From NCBI RefSeq assembly GCF_036321535.1, contig NC_087436.1, forward strand, positions 95,606,001 to 95,670,000: 64,000 nt of DNA, in the 5' to 3' direction. The DNA is from Camelus dromedarius. Its lineage: Eukaryota. The translations under genes and the position numbers were made by a program. Each line of letters starts with the position of its first letter. The stretch's first letter is position 1. Under the pieces are notes generated by a model. That model was not told the DNA's origin. It did not search any database and saw only the letters and a program-made list of their open reading frames with translations. Of this stretch, positions 1-14,040 are shown piece after piece.

Positions 1-300
1 CAGTTTACAGGTTTTGACAAATGCATAATGACATGTAGCCACCACCATAGTATCATACAGAAAAATTTCATTTCCCTCAAGATCCCTTGTGCTCCATTTA
101 TTCATTCCTCCCTCCCTTCTCCCCAAACCCCTGGAAACCACGATCTTTTTATTGTTTTTTCTGTAGCTGTGCCTTTTCCAGAATGTCATCTGGTTGGAAT
201 CGTACAGTTTGTAGCCTTTTCAGACTGGCTTCTTTCATTTAGTAATATGTCTTTTAGGTTTCTTCCATGTCTTTCATGGCTTGATAGATCTTTTTTTCTC
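1..300 (-). mobile_element. Old L1MC-like 3' region fragment
   Basis: Reverse complement resembles 17270-17560 (L1MC-like 3'UTR). Confidence 0.75.
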
Positions 301-409
301 ACTGCACATATATTTTTAAATTTACATATATGTATTCTTCATTGTTTCCTAGAACATTTAAAGCTTTAGCTTTTTAAACTTGCATAGTTATTAAAGGAAT
401 AAAGTCAAC

Positions 410-940
410 CACAAAACAAGAATTAATTCAAAAAGATCCATACACCCTGCTATTAACAGCAACATTATTCATAATTGCCAAGATATGGAAGCATCCTAGG
501 TGCACATCAATAGTTGAATAGATAATGAAGAAGCAGCATACATATACATAATGGAATACAACTCACTCATAAAAAAGAAGGATATTTTGCCATTTGTGGC
601 CCTTCATTCACTTTTTTTTTTTTCACTTCAAAAAAACAGAATTTTATAGCTGGCAGAGAATTTCCATTACATCAAAAACAACAAAATACCTAGAAATAAA
701 CCTAACCAAGGAGGTTACCTATACTCTAAAAACTGAAATGACATGAAGAAATGGAAAGATTTCTCGTGCTCTTGGATTGGAAGAATCAGCACTATCAAAA
801 TGGCCACGCTACCCAGAGCAATCCACAGAGCCAACGCAACCCCCATCAAAATACTCATGACATTCCTCACAGAACTGGAACAAACAATTCCAAAATTTAT
901 AAGGAACCACAAAGACCCCGAACAGCCAAAGCAATCTTTT
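410..940 (+). mobile_element. L1 ORF2 fragments (C-terminal piece ~410-600; post-RT piece ~660-940)
   Basis: ORF 743-1000 KWKDFSCSWIGRIS..KMATLPRAI..ELEQTIPKF matches ORF2; 410-600 resembles the ORF2 3' end. Confidence 0.85.
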
Positions 941-984
941 GTTAAGTCTTTTTTTTTTTTTCTCTTTCTTCTTTTTTTCTCTTT

Positions 985-2400
985 TCTTATGGTTCAATGA
1001 CAAGGGAAGGCCCTTTAACATTTATTGTAAAGCTGGTTTGGTGGTGCTGAAATCTTTTAGGTTTTGCTTATCTGTGAAGATTTTGATTTCTCCGTCAAGT
1101 CTGAATGAGAGCCTTGCTGGATAGAGTATTCTTGGTTGTAAGTTTCCCCCTTTCATCACTTTAACTACATCATGCCCCTCCCTTCTGGCCTGGAGAGTTT
1201 CTGCTGAAAAGTCAGCTGATAACCTTATGGGAGTTCCTTTGTATGTTATTTGTTGCTTTTCTCTTGCCAATTTTAATATTTTCTTCTTACCCTTAATTGT
1301 TGTCAATTTGATGACTATGTGCCTTGCTGAGTTCCTCTTTGGGCTGATTCTGTGTAGAACTCTCTGCGCTTCCTAGACTTGGGTGACTATATCCTTTCCC
1401 AAGTTGGGGAAGTTTTCAGTGAGTATCTCTCCAAAATTTTTCTCAGGTCCTTTTTCTCTCTCTTCTCTTTCTGGGACCCCTATAATGTGAATATTGGGGT
1501 GCTTCATGTTGTCCCAGTTCTCTTAACCTATCCTCATTTCTTTGCATTCTTTTTTCCTTTTTCTGTTCTGAAGTAGTGATTTCCACTAATCTGTTTTCTA
1601 GCTCACTGATCCATTCTTCTGCCTCATTTAGTCTATTCTTGGTTCCTTCCAGTGTATTGTTCATTTCAGTGATTTTATTCTTCAACTCTGTTTGGGTATT
1701 CTTTATATTTTCCAACTCTTTGCTAAAAACTTCGCCCTGTACTTCTATACTCCTCTTGAGTTCTCTGAACATCTTGGCCGTCATTACTTTAAATTCTTTC
1801 TCGGATAAATTACCTGTCTCCTCATCACTTATTTTTGATTCTGGGATTTTATCTTCTGTCTTGGCCTGGAAGATATTCCTTTGCCGCCTCATATCATCTA
1901 TCTTTCTATGTGTTTGTGGATTCCTTCCACAGGCTTTGGGATTATTTTCTTATTTCCAGTATCTGCCCCTGGTGGATGAGGCTGGACTAGAGGCTTATGC
2001 AGGTTTCCTGGCAAGAGGAGCTGGTGCCTGCCCACTGCTGGGTGAAGCTTGTTCCTGGACCTCTGGTGTGGACGGGGCTGTGTCTAGAGGCCTTTGTGGC
2101 TTAGGAAGTCTGCTGATGGGTGTGTCTGTGTTCCCACCCTGTATGTTGTTTGGCCTGAGGCTTCCTTACAGGCTGCTGGGTGGGGCTAGGTCTTGATGCT
2201 AACGATCCAATCTAGATGTCAGCTTCCAGGAAAGCTCATGTAGATGAACACTCCCAGAATGTCCACCACCAGCTTTTATGTCCCCTGAGAGAGCAGCAGC
2301 CATCCCCCATGTCCTCAGGAGACCTTCCAAATCCAGCAGGCAGGTCTGGCCCAGGTTCCTATGAAATCACTGCCTCTGCCCTTGGACCCGGTGGACATGA
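985..2400 (-). mobile_element. Older L1 ORF1 plus part of 5'UTR
   Basis: ORFs 1022-1306 (ILKLAREK..KGTPIRLSADFS..ILYPARLSF) and 1443-1892 (coiled coil, WISELEN). Confidence 0.92.
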
Positions 2401-2479
2401 GTTTCCCTGTATGCTTCCCCAAAGGTGGTACTTTTTATGTTTACAGGTAGCCAAAGGGCAGGTATGGAATGTCATCACT

Positions 2480-2990
2480 CTCTGTATTAGATTCTTGTAA
2501 GGCGTACGTGTTTGCTGCGCTTGAAGCTGCACAAGGAGATGCAAAGAAAGATATTTTCTGGGGCACTGTTTATAAGAGCAAAGAGTTCTAAAATAATCTA
2601 AATGTACACCATGAAATTGGTAGAATAAGTAGTGGTTCATCCATACTGAGGATTTCCACACATTAGTTTTTAAAAGTGAGGTTGACCTATAGGCACTGAT
2701 ATGGAATAATTTGTAAACTATATTGTTAAATAAAAGAATACTATACCGTGAAGTCACTTTCAATAAAAGTAAAAGAAAAACTGACACATTTGTACACATG
2801 TATATAAATATCTAGAAAATGGTCTAGAAGGATATACTCCAAGCTGCTAAAGATGGGTAGATATGGAGAGGAAAGTGAGATGATAATAATATGGGGTGTA
2901 AGGCAAGACTGAGTTTTTCTTTTCCTGTATATTTTGTATTGTTTATGTGTTGTTATTTGTTTGTTTATTTATACCAATGTATTCCTATAT
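2480..2990 (+). mobile_element. Highly diverged L1ME-like 3' fragment
   Basis: Degenerate L1 3'-end phrases (cactgtttataagagcaaa..ctaaatgtacac; ctagaaggatatact). Confidence 0.55.
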
Positions 2991-3007
2991 TTTTTATTTA
3001 ACATAGG

Positions 3008-4797
3008 TTTTTTAACATTTTTTATTGATTTATAATCATTTTACAATGTTGTGTCAAATTCCAGTGTTCAGCACAATTTTTCAGTTATTCATGGACATAT
3101 ACACACTCATTGTCACATTTTTTTCTCTGTGAGTTATCATAACATTTTGTGTATATTTCCCTGTGCTATACAGTGTAGTCTATTCTACAATTTTGAAATC
3201 CCAGTCTATCCCTTCCCACCCTCCACCCCCCTGGTAACCACAAGTCTGTATTCTCTGTCTGTGAGTCTATTTCTGTCCTTTATTTATGCTTTGTTTTTGT
3301 TTGTTTGTTTGTTTTTGTTTTTGTTTTTTAGATTCCACATATGAGCGATCTCATATGGTATTTTTCTTTCTCTTTCTGGCTTACTTCACTTAGAATGACA
3401 TTCTCCAGGAGCATCCATGTTGCTGCAAACGGCATTATGTTGTCGATTTTTATGGCTGAGTAGTATTCCATTGTATAAATGTACCACCTCTTCTTTATCC
3501 AGTCACCTGTTGATGGACATTTAGGCTGTTTCCATGTTTTGGCTATTGTAAATAGTGCTGCTATGAACATTGGGGTGCAGGTGTCATCCTGAAGTAGATT
3601 TCCTTCTGGATACAAGCCCAGGAGTGGGATTCCTGGGTCATATGGTAAGTCTATTCCTAGTCTTTTGAGGAATCTCCACACTGTTTTCCATAGTGGCTGC
3701 ACCAAACTGCATTCCCACCAGCAGTGTAGGAGGGTTCCCCTTTCTCCACAGCCTCTCCAGCATTTGTCATTTGTGGATTTTTGAATGACGGCCATTCTGA
3801 CTGGTGTGAGGTGATACCTCATTGTAGTTTTGATTTGCATTTCTCAGATAATTAGTGATATTGAGCATTTTTTCATGTGCTTTTTGATCATTTGTATGTC
3901 TTCCTTGGAGAATTGCTTGTTTAGGTCTTCTGCCCATTTTTGGATTGGGTTGTTTATTTTTTTCTTATTGAGTCGTATGAGCTGCTTATATATTCTGGAG
4001 ATCAAGCCTTTGTCGGTTTCACTTGCAAAAATTTTCTCCCATTCCGTAGGTTTTCTTCTTGTTTTATTTCTGGTTTCCTTTGCTGTGCAGAAGCTTGTAA
4101 GTTTCATTAGGTCCCATTTGTTTATTCTTGCTTTTATTTCTTCTAGGAGAAAATTTTTTAAATGTATGTCAGATAGTGTTTTGCCTATGTTTTCCTCTAG
4201 GTTTATTGTATCTTGTCTTATGTTCAAGTCTTTAATCCATTTTGAGTTGATTTTTGTATATGGTGTAAGGGAGTGTTCTAGCTTCATTGTTTTACATGCT
4301 GTTGTCCAGTTTTCCCAACACCATTTGCTGAAGAGACTGTCTTTATTCCAATGTCTATTCTTGCCTCCTTTGTCAAAGATGAGTTGACCAAAAGTTTGTG
4401 GGTTCATTTCTGGGCTCTCTATTCTGTTCCATTGGTCTATATGTCTGTTTTGGTACCAATACCATGCTGTCTTGATGACTGTAGCTCTATAGTATTGTCT
4501 GAAGTCTGGGAGAGTTATTCCTCCAGCCTCCTTCTTTCTCTTCAGTAATGCTTTGGCAATTCTAGGTCTTTGAAAGTTCCATAAAATTTTATTATGATTT
4601 GTTCTAGTTCTGTGAAATATGTCCTGGGTAATTGGATAGGGATTGCATTAAATCTGTAGATTGCCTTGGGCAGTGTGATCATTTTAACAATATTGATTCT
4701 TCCAATCCAAGAGCATGGAATATCTTTCCATTTTTTAAAGTCTTTTTTAACTTCCTTCATCAGTGGTTTATAGTTTTCTGTGTATAATTCTTTCACC
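3008..4797 (-). mobile_element. 5'-truncated young L1 (3' ORF2 + 3'UTR), same subfamily as the 54336-61505 element
   Basis: Near-identical reverse complement of ~59713-61500; ORF2 fragments at 4542-4796, 3844-4407 and 3328-3840; candidate TSD GGTTTTT at 3006-3012 and 4798-4804. Confidence 0.96.
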
Positions 4798-6329
4798 GGT
4801 TTTTATAACAGCTTTTAATGAAATTTTACTAATGCACCGATCTCTCTCCCACTTCTGCACAGGCATCTGTCTCAAGGTTTGGGATTATTGCAACATGAAT
4901 TCAAGAAAGAACATGCAGCTTTTGACATTTAGAAGAAATGTAATGGCCAAGGCAATGCTCTTTAAAGCCAGTCTGAATTCCTTTAACTCCCAGTACATAT
5001 CAGGTTCAACCCTGAAAGACTCTTACCTACCATTTCTTCCCCAATGCCAAGAAAAGACTCCTTCCGTTCACGAGCCAAGATGGGGAGAAAAAAGGGGAGA
5101 TGGTGGAAAAAAGAGATCAGAGTCAACAGTTGAAAAAAGGAAACTGAGGACCATCTCCGGGATATGCAGGAGAGGGTGGACGACCACCTCTTCAGGCCTA
5201 ATGCAAGGAGGTCGTAGGCTTTTAGGCTGGGGATATGTTTAACAGGATCCAGAGATAATGATGAGGAGGTGATGGGAGACAGTCCATCACCTTGAGGCCA
5301 AGCCCATGTTTCTGATTCCTGGAAAGCAGAGGAGCCCTTGTGCCCCTGAGAGAGGACAGTGAATTTCTGAGTAGATGAGGGGCCCAGAAAAGGCCTGGGG
5401 TTGGCAGGAGGGGCCACAGTGTGCAGGGACAAATGATCAGGCTGGGGGCAGGACTGAGAACCCAGACAGACCCCACTCAACTGTCACCAGTCCAGGAAGC
5501 CGGTCTGTCCAGACATATATATATATACACCAAGAGGAGAGAAAGAGTCCCCCACATGATGACACTGTCCTGGGGAGAAGAAAGGAAAGGACACACTCTG
5601 AAAGGCTACTTATCCCAAAGGATGGGTTTATCCTGAAGACAGTTTTTTGATCACTCCAGATGACACCCAACTGAACTCGGAATAGACTGCTTAAATGGAG
5701 AGGAGATTTTTCACCCAGAAGAGCCTGAAACATTGCTTATTGTCAAGTCTGAACTTTCCCAGATACCCTGAGGGCTGAGACATATGAGGAGCTAGGGGCA
5801 GTTTTGAAGGAAAAAAGAAGCTACTGTTTCTTTGCCCATCTCAGTTTTGGTGAGAGAATTTTGTGACTCATTGTATTTTTTGACTTAAAGTTAGAGCCAC
5901 TCGTTGAAGGCTATTCTAATAGGTAACCTTTTAGTGATTTATTATTCAGCATTTTTATTTATTATTTTATGAATCTCTATCCCAACATTTTTAAACGAGC
6001 CAACCTGCTTATAACTCTTCTTTTTTTAATGGTCTGTTCATTTGCTTCCTCTTCTGTTTCTGTTGTTCTGGAAGTGGTTGTTTACCTCTACCGGAAAATT
6101 GTTTCTCATCCAAGAAGTAGTGTGCATCTCAAATAGCACAGAAATTAAATTCCATCACAACAAACTCAAAAACAATTGTCCAAGCTTATTTGGGATTTTA
6201 AATTGAATATATTTCTTTTTCTTTTTAACTGAGCTATTGGTTAGCTTCCGAAGGAAAAAAAAAAATACACACACACACGTACAGACTCTCCAGGTCAAGA
6301 GTCATGAGATGTATTCACATCTTTTTTTC

Positions 6330-8195
6330 CACCCACCAATTAGAAGTGTGCATTTGGGCTAGTCATCTGACCCCCTTGAATTTCAATTTCCTCATCAGAA
6401 GAATGGAAATGACAACATGTAAGCCACCATCCCAGGAGTTGTTCTGACTGAAAGGAAATGAGGCGATGCAAATGTGGGAACATTGTAAAATGAGGATGTG
6501 ATGACGGCGCTGACCAGCGTCATTTGAGACACTGACTCTAGACAGTGCAAGTTGAGTGTGTTGGGGGCAGAGAGTGGAGCCAGCTCTTGATGACTTTGAG
6601 CAGTTTCCCCACTTTTTTTTCCTGCAGAATTCTCTGATTACTCTGTAACACTGAAGCTGTTTCTAAACAATTTTGAAACACTGGTAAAATGGTGACAATA
6701 TAGTCGGTGAATAAATTACTCCGTGAAGTAGAGCCAAGTCACCACCGTCTACTCTCATTTTTCAGCAAATTGGCTCACCCCATAGTTTTCACAGATCACC
6801 TAGGAAGAGTCAGGAGAAAGAAGCTAAGTTTTGAGTGCTTGTGGCTACCAAGTGTTTTACATACATCATTTCATTTCATGTTCACAGTGAGATGGGCATT
6901 GTTTCCATTCTACAGATGAGAAAACCGAGGCTGAGAGAGACTGAGTCAAGATCGCAGAGACGGTGAGTAGAGGCGCCACCATTCAGTCCTGGAGCTGATG
7001 GAAACACCCAGGCTTTTCTTCTTCTACAGCATCATCTGCCCCAAAGCCCAGCAGCTGACATGTGGGGAAATCTCAATTTTCCACAGCAACAGAGACTGGG
7101 ACAATGTAGATGATTAAAATCTTAAATGCTTTTTTCTCCATAGCTTCACCCTCACCTTTCAACCTTAATTAATAGGAAGTAACAAATTTAGCTGATTGAG
7201 TCTCTTTTTCTATTCTCTGCTGTTCAAAATCCCTCTTGAATTTTGGTGAAAAGAGCCAAGAAGACATGAATGGACTGATAAAGCAAGCAGGAGGCCCATG
7301 GTCTTTCCTCCAATTGGACTGCAGTCCCCAAGTAATCAAGGGTTGACTATGTAATTGGGATAAATAGCCAATGAGGGCAGAATTTGTAAATGCCCCAAAC
7401 CCTCCATGGCTAAAACTTAGGCTAGTTGATCCCCCAGGTAGGGACACCTGGATTCCTTACCTCGGGTCCAGATACCTGGATTTTCACAAAGGACTATGGC
7501 AAGGGATACTCAGAAATTGTTTTCAATATTTAACAAGTCTAGCATAATTCACATATCTTAAGGTGAACAGGCCAAAAGAAATGTCCAAGGATCTTGGCTT
7601 CAGGCTAGAGTTCAAGACAAACTCATATGAAATATAACCATAATTGCCTTCAACTCAATAATAAGAACAACAACAAAAACCCCCAAATATTTACTGAGCA
7701 CTTTCTCTGTGCTAGGAAGTTTATACTTGTCTCATTTGATGCTCAAAACAACCCAGTAAGGTAGATAACATTATCCCCCTCTCATAAATGGAGAAACAGA
7801 GGCACAGAGAGTTCCTTGGCAAGGTGGGCACAGCTAATAAGTGTAAGAACTGAGCATCACTGGTTGTAAGTTGTCTCCTGGTGATGAGAAGCAATGCTTG
7901 ACAGATATATGTCCTTGAAAAATACAACATGGGAGGAAAGGGGGACATTTATTTTTACTTAGTCAAGGCAGAGGAATAGGGAAAAGCCATCCTTCATGGC
8001 AAAAAGTGGGGGAAGATCTGAGTTATGCCAGTCTGGTACTGAGAATAACTCTGGGGCCAGTAGAACCCAAAGTGGCTGGGGCACTGGGAAATTTGGCCCC
8101 ATCTGTATTAGAAGAGATCACCAAAGGTGATGTTTGCTAGTCAGCTGAACCTTGAGATGAGTATGATGTCCAGAAAGGAAACGCATGCACACGCA

Positions 8196-8249
<54 letters not shown>

Positions 8250-8640
8250 AATTAGTTTCACTGCAAAGACAGAAGCAGGGCTGGGTTTTCTCAGTCCTGA
8301 GGCTGTAATATTGCTGCTATGATATTCAAATTTCATATACATCTGTGAGGGGGACTTTACATGTATCAGAACCTTTCAGTGCAACTTCCAGATTCCATGT
8401 AGTGAGAAGCAGTATGTTGGTAGGAGTGCAGTCTCGGGAGCCAGACTCTATGGGTTCAAATCCAGACTCTTTACTGTGTGACCCTGGACAAATGCCTCAA
8501 TTTCCTCATCTGTACAACCAACGTAACAACCATAACACCTATCTGATAAGGGTGTCGTAGGGATGGAGAGAGTTGGTATTTGTCAAGCACTCTAAATCTC
8601 GCCTGGCCCGCGGGAAGCACTGCCCAGGTGTTAGCTGTTA
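6330..8640. mobile_element. Cluster of MIR SINE fragments (~6330-6490, 6830-6990, 7690-7870, 8400-8640)
   Basis: MIR core phrases (tttcctcatc, acagatgagaaaaccgaggct, gaaacagaggcacagagag, gggttcaaatccagactct). Confidence 0.7.
8184..8246. repeat. (CA)n microsatellite
   Basis: Directly visible. Confidence 0.95.
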
Positions 8641-11019
8641 TTGTTGTTGAATAAAGACGTCTGTGGAGTCAGTAAAGAAATCTGTGCCTGGCCTTGGAAC
8701 AAAGCAGAAATGATAAAATTCAGGGTCACGGTTCCAGCTGGAGGGATGCTCGACCTGGGTGGCAACTACACAGGTGTTCATTTTACAAAAATCTATTAAG
8801 CTGTTCTCGGGTTTCGAGTACTTCTCTACGTGTGTGTGTCTTTTCTAATGTCACGTTAGAAAAAGATAAAGTAGAGGAAGAAAGAGGAAGAAGTGGAGGA
8901 AGAGTGGAGGTAGGGGGGAGGAGGAAGGAGAAGAAAAAGGAGAAAGAGAAGCTCCATCCGGTGTGACTTCCTGAGACCAAGCGTCTTCCCCCGACGTAGC
9001 ATCTTGTCCAAAGTAAATGAATGGCTGAGTTGACGTGCAATTCCTGAGGAGTGGAATCTGTACTGTCAGTGTGCTGACAGGCTCACAGGGCGCTGCAAGG
9101 CCTGGGGCGGTGACTAGGAGGTGGATGTCACGAGCCCAGCTCTAAAACTAGACAGCAAGTGTGTGTGGTCCATGAATCACTGTTCCCCCTCCAGAAGGGG
9201 TCCAGAACAGGTCTAGAAGAGATCTGGACACACAGCACCTGAAAGGAGGATCTAGGGAGTCTGACTGTAGAGCATCAAAGAGAAGTCGTGAGTGGCCAAC
9301 TTGTAGGTGAGGAAGACAAAGTCTCAGCAGGCCTAAAATATCATCTTGACAACCTGCCCATCTACAGAATCGGCAGGTGCACGGCTTCCACAGTGGGTGG
9401 CACTTCCCCCAACACCATTGTGGAGGCCAGGTTGGACGATCAGGTAGGAAGAAGGAACACTATGACTGTTTATCATCCCCAGCTCCAAAAAAGCAACTCT
9501 TGGAGAAGCCCCGCAGCCCATCACATCTGCAGAGACCCTATAAAAGTTCTAGGTCTGGCTGAGTAGGGTAAGCATTTTAGAGCTGGGGGGACATCACACA
9601 ATAAGTGCTTCTTCAAGGAGGATGCTCAGAGGCCAGTGAGGCAAGAACACTTACTCAGGATTACTTAACCAATTAGCAGCAGAGCCAGGGGCAGAATGCA
9701 AATTTCCTGCTCTGTTGGAAACTCCTGAAAAAGGCAGCGATTCCTCCTTTGTTACCAGATTTACTCCACAACCTGAAAGAAGAGTGTTAAAAATACAGGT
9801 AAGGGCTACCTTAGGCCATGAATCTCAAAAATAAAACTCACCTGCCCTGAAATAAAAACATCCAATGCACAAGCATGGCAGGTCTAAGAAACATCTCAGG
9901 ATCTATGCCCCCATCTCCACCCCCAGCCCAGTTTTCAGAATGCCATCGGCCGTCAGGCAAGAAATGAACTTTTAGGGATAAGCAGTGGGCAAGACAGAGG
10001 AAGCCTTGCCTTGGTGAGCTCACAGATCAGGGAGGGAGAGAAGGAGAGAGAGGAAGGTGGGGAAAGGTTAAACTCATAACCATGTGAAAATGACGCGATT
10101 TGAAGAGAAAGCACCAGCTTCCAGGAGAGCGAGTGACAAGTGGGTTGCACAGAGGAGGAAGACTATTTGCTCTTGGCTTCATTTCTTATCCCTTAGATGA
10201 ACTTCTCAAGTGTAGAACAAGCAAGTTGTAACCCAACAGTGAATACCACACCTTAGATGCTGGAGATCCACTGACTCCTAGGGGTCACTATTACAGTGCC
10301 TAGGAGCCTAGGATGGACTCCTCCAGTCCTTAGGGAAAATTTAAACAACGTTTCAGAGACACAGGCCACACCTCCCAGTCAACCCTAAGCTCACAACTCA
10401 CCCTCGTAGAAAACACAATTTCTCACGTCCGGCAAAATGTTGCTTACTGGGAGCACTCTGCTCTGTTAACACAATTCAAAGACACTCATTGGAATGTGGC
10501 CTCTTGAAGTGGGAGGTTTTTGCTGTCTCGCTCCCCACTCTGTCTTCAGCATCTGTGAGACGCCTGGCTCGCAGGAGGCGCTACTCAGGCACTGCTTTGC
10601 AGAATGAATCAGCGCGCTCTCAGGAAGAATTCCCCTGTTCTGATCAGACAATGCCAGGAACTGTAAAGTCAGGAACGAAAGCACTCGCTCTCTGCCAGGG
10701 AACCAAAAAAAAAAAAAAAAAAACCGAGGCAAGTCAAATGGAAATCAGGCAGCGGATATGAACTCATCGAATTCATCGAAAAGCTACTTGAAAACTCTCC
10801 AGCAGCCCTTTCCTCATTCTGCACACAGGCCCGTGGTGAACAAGCTCGAAAAAGTCAAGTCGGTCCTCCTGGGACTCCCCGCACTGGGGGAAGGGAATCC
10901 TGAGCAGGACCTGGAAACGTGCAAGCTCTGGGGTGCAGACACCGGATCCAAGGATGCTGGGCCCAGGGGGAAGTGCCCCTCCTGGGCTGCAGGCATGAGC
11001 GGCACCAGAATGCAGAAAT

Positions 11020-12280
11020 ACGCACATGGTCCTGACACTTGTGGAACTCACAGTCTACAGGCGAGACAGATACGACCCAAAGAATCAGACAGTGACAGCT
11101 GTGATGAGTGCCACAGGGGAAAAGCATATGATGTTATGGGGTGAAGGGGTCTCACAGGGGTCCTGACCTTGCGTGTTTGTGGGGGAAGATTTTATTTTAA
11201 ACATTTTTTTTATTGAGTTATAGTCATTTTACAATGTTGTGTCAAATTCCAGTGTAGAGCACAATTTTTCAGTTATACATGAACATACATACATTCCCTG
11301 TCACATTCTCTTTCGCTGTGAGCCACCACAAGATCCTGTATATATTTCCCTGTGCTACACAGTACAATCTTGTTTATCTATTCTACATTTTGAAATCCCA
11401 GTCTATCCCTTCCCAACCCCCATCCCCCTGGCAACCACAAGTTTGTAATTCTATGTCTATGAGCCTGTTTCTGTTTTGTATTTATGATTTTTTTTTTTTT
11501 AGATTCCGCATATGAGTGATCTCATATGGTATTTTTCTTTCTCTTTCTGGCTTACTTCACTTAGAATTACATTCTCCAGGAGCATCCATGTTGCTGCAAA
11601 TGGCATTATGTTGTCGGTTTTTATGGCTGAGTAGTATTCCATTGTATAAATATACCACCTCTTCTTTATCCAGTCACCTGTTGATGGACATTTAGGCTGT
11701 TTCCATGTCTTGGCTATTGTAAATAGTGCTGCTGTGAACATTGGGGTGCAGGTGTTCCTTCTGGATATAAGCCCAGGAGCGGGATTCCTGGGTCATAAGG
11801 TAAGTCTATCCCTAGTCTTTTGAGGAATCGCCACACTATTTTCCACAGTGGCTACACCAAACTGCATTCCCACCAGCAGTGTAGGAGGGTTCCCTTTTCT
11901 CATGGGGGAAGATTTGAGGAGGTTTGGACATGGAAGTTATAGTTAAGCTGAGAACTGAAGGAGAGTAGAAGTTAGTAGGTTAATAGGCAGGCAAAGTGAT
12001 GGGAGCAGCTTGGCCTTGGCCCCTAACCAGAGAGGCACTGGGCACATTTGAGGGACAAAGAAAAGCGGGGATGCCCAGAGCACAATGAGATGGGGAAGTA
12101 GGGAGCCAGAAGCCAGACACACAGGGACATTCGGGTCATGGGAAGGGGCAACGGGAAACCGCTGAAGGTTTCAAGGAGAGAGTTCATTGATCAGATTGGT
12201 CCTTCAGAACCATCAGTTTGCCTAAGGGACTAAGGATTAGAGAAGCAAAGATGAGCATGAGACCACATCAGGACCTCAAG
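11020..12280. mobile_element. L2 fragment, split by the 11193-11902 L1
   Basis: Purine-rich L2-type sequence (agctgagaactgaagga, gggaaaccgctgaaggtttcaagg..tgatcagatt) on both sides of the L1 TSD. Confidence 0.6.
11193..11902 (-). mobile_element. 5'-truncated L1 (ORF2 C-terminus + 3'UTR), somewhat more diverged relative, inserted in L2
   Basis: ORF 11499-11741 ([10 protein letters not shown]...MEYYSAIK); perfect 13-bp TSD TGGGGGAAGATTT at 11180-11192 and 11903-11915. Confidence 0.95.
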
Positions 12281-12349
12281 AGATCACAGATGACCGTGCA
12301 ATACAGATGCAAACACTTAGAATGTAACACGGTGCATGAACTAATCCAA

Positions 12350-12530
12350 TCTTTCTCGGACTTCAGTGTGCATCAGGCTCCCCTGGAGGGCTTATTCAGA
12401 CATGGGCTGTGGGGCCCCACCCTTCGAGTCCTTATCTCATACTTTGGGAATGAGGCCTGAGAATTTGTATTTCTGTAACAAGTTTCCAGTTGACTTTCAC
12501 GCTTCCGGTCTGGGGACCACACTTTGAAAG
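12350..12530. mobile_element. MER5-type hAT/Charlie DNA transposon
   Basis: gcctgagaatttgtatttctgtaacaagtt...ggggaccacactttga signature. Confidence 0.8.
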
Positions 12531-13679
12531 CCCTGGAATGAATCAAATCGTGTGCATGGAATTAATTCTGACCGGTGGGGCAGAAGGAGTTTTGGAAGAA
12601 TCAGAGCCTGCGTGGAGTTTTGAGGGATGAATAGGTGTTCACTAGACAGACAAAGCAAAAGAAAGGCTACTCTAGGTTTGGGAAAAGTCATGAACGAAGA
12701 GGCTGGAGGAGCTTGGGTTGGGTGGGAGAAACTGCAGGTGGGAAAGGTGAGGCTGGCAAATTCCTGAGTGGGCGCAGCAAACAGGGTGACAGAGCAGAAG
12801 CTACCAGTGCCCCCAAGGGAAAAATCACTCACTCCACCAACTCTGCTTAACAAGCATCCATCCTTGCAGAGGGCAGAGCGTTTCTGGGACCCCAGCCCCA
12901 AGGAGAGAGAAAGGCTGGCTGTGGGAAAGGCTGGCTCTCTCCTCCTCCATCTCTCTGGGAGTCTGAGCAGTATCATCCGGGGCTAACTCAGCTGCACACT
13001 ATTTCTTCCCTCTCAGAACAAATCACAGGTCTTTTTTTCTCCAGTGGCTTCGCTGAGGCCCACAGAATAGATTTCTGTATTGACTGGGGCTCTTGACTCT
13101 GCCAGCCTGGGAGAAATTAGGTCAGTTAATCACCACTGATGTCATAAAAGCAGCTTTCTGAATGGAAGCCCTGATGGAGGATGGGGTGGGGAAGGCACTG
13201 AGGTCACCGTGGAGAACTCTGCAGGCTGCTGACCAGACTCTGGAGAAAGGTGGGTCCCTGGGCGGCGCCTGCCCAAGGCCTTTGAGGTTTCCTTTGCAGT
13301 GTTTTACAACCACATGCTGGGAGTGAATTGCACCCACAGGCTCCTGCCCTTTTTCCCCCTGGCACGGGGTGGTGGAATTCACACTAATCAGGAGATAAGT
13401 GCACGGGACTGGACAGGAAGGAAATGGAGTTGTCCTGTCCCTGACCTTGTAGTGGGGAGCTCTGTGGCCCTCTGCTAAGTTTCTCGGGGCTCTCTGCTGT
13501 CTTAGCACCTGTCCCACTGTCCTGATGCCACCTTCTCAGGGCAGTTGGGTCTGGTCTTTGGAGCAATGAGGAGGAAAGCATTTTATGTTTCCAACCATAG
13601 TACTGAATCTGTGCAAAATCAGAATTGAGGTGGAGGTGATTTGTTGAGGAGTTGTTTGCTTTTGTGGCTTCATGTAGGT

Positions 13680-14040
13680 GTTTCATGTTTCCAAACACCT
13701 GTGCACAGACCAGCTGCCTCTGAATTGAGGCACCTGATAAACTTACGGATTCCTGGCTCCCCAGGCCTGGGGTGGAGTCCACACTTTGTTGAAAGGCATC
13801 CAAGTGAGGCAGATGATCCCCCAGATTTTGGAAGCCTTTGCCTGGAGGTCTAAATGAGGCAGTGGTCTCTGGGGAGTGGGGGCCTGCAGCTGGCTGCCTA
13901 AGTGTCCCTGCCAACCGACAGCATCTCCTGCTGGGAGCTCATTAGAAATGCAGAACTCTGGGCCTGCTGACACAGAACCTGCATTTCAACACACTTCTCA
14001 GATGACGCGTGTGCACTCACCACTTGAGAATCACCGGTCA
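13680..14040. mobile_element. MER5-type fragments (two adjacent)
   Basis: ctgggagctcattagaaatgcagaactctgggcc..aacctgcatttcaac. Confidence 0.65.

Noticed and set aside
1576..4387. Hydrophobic ORFs antisense to L1 (also 56187, 57275, 60124)
   Set aside because: Shadow frames of A-rich L1 coding sequence.
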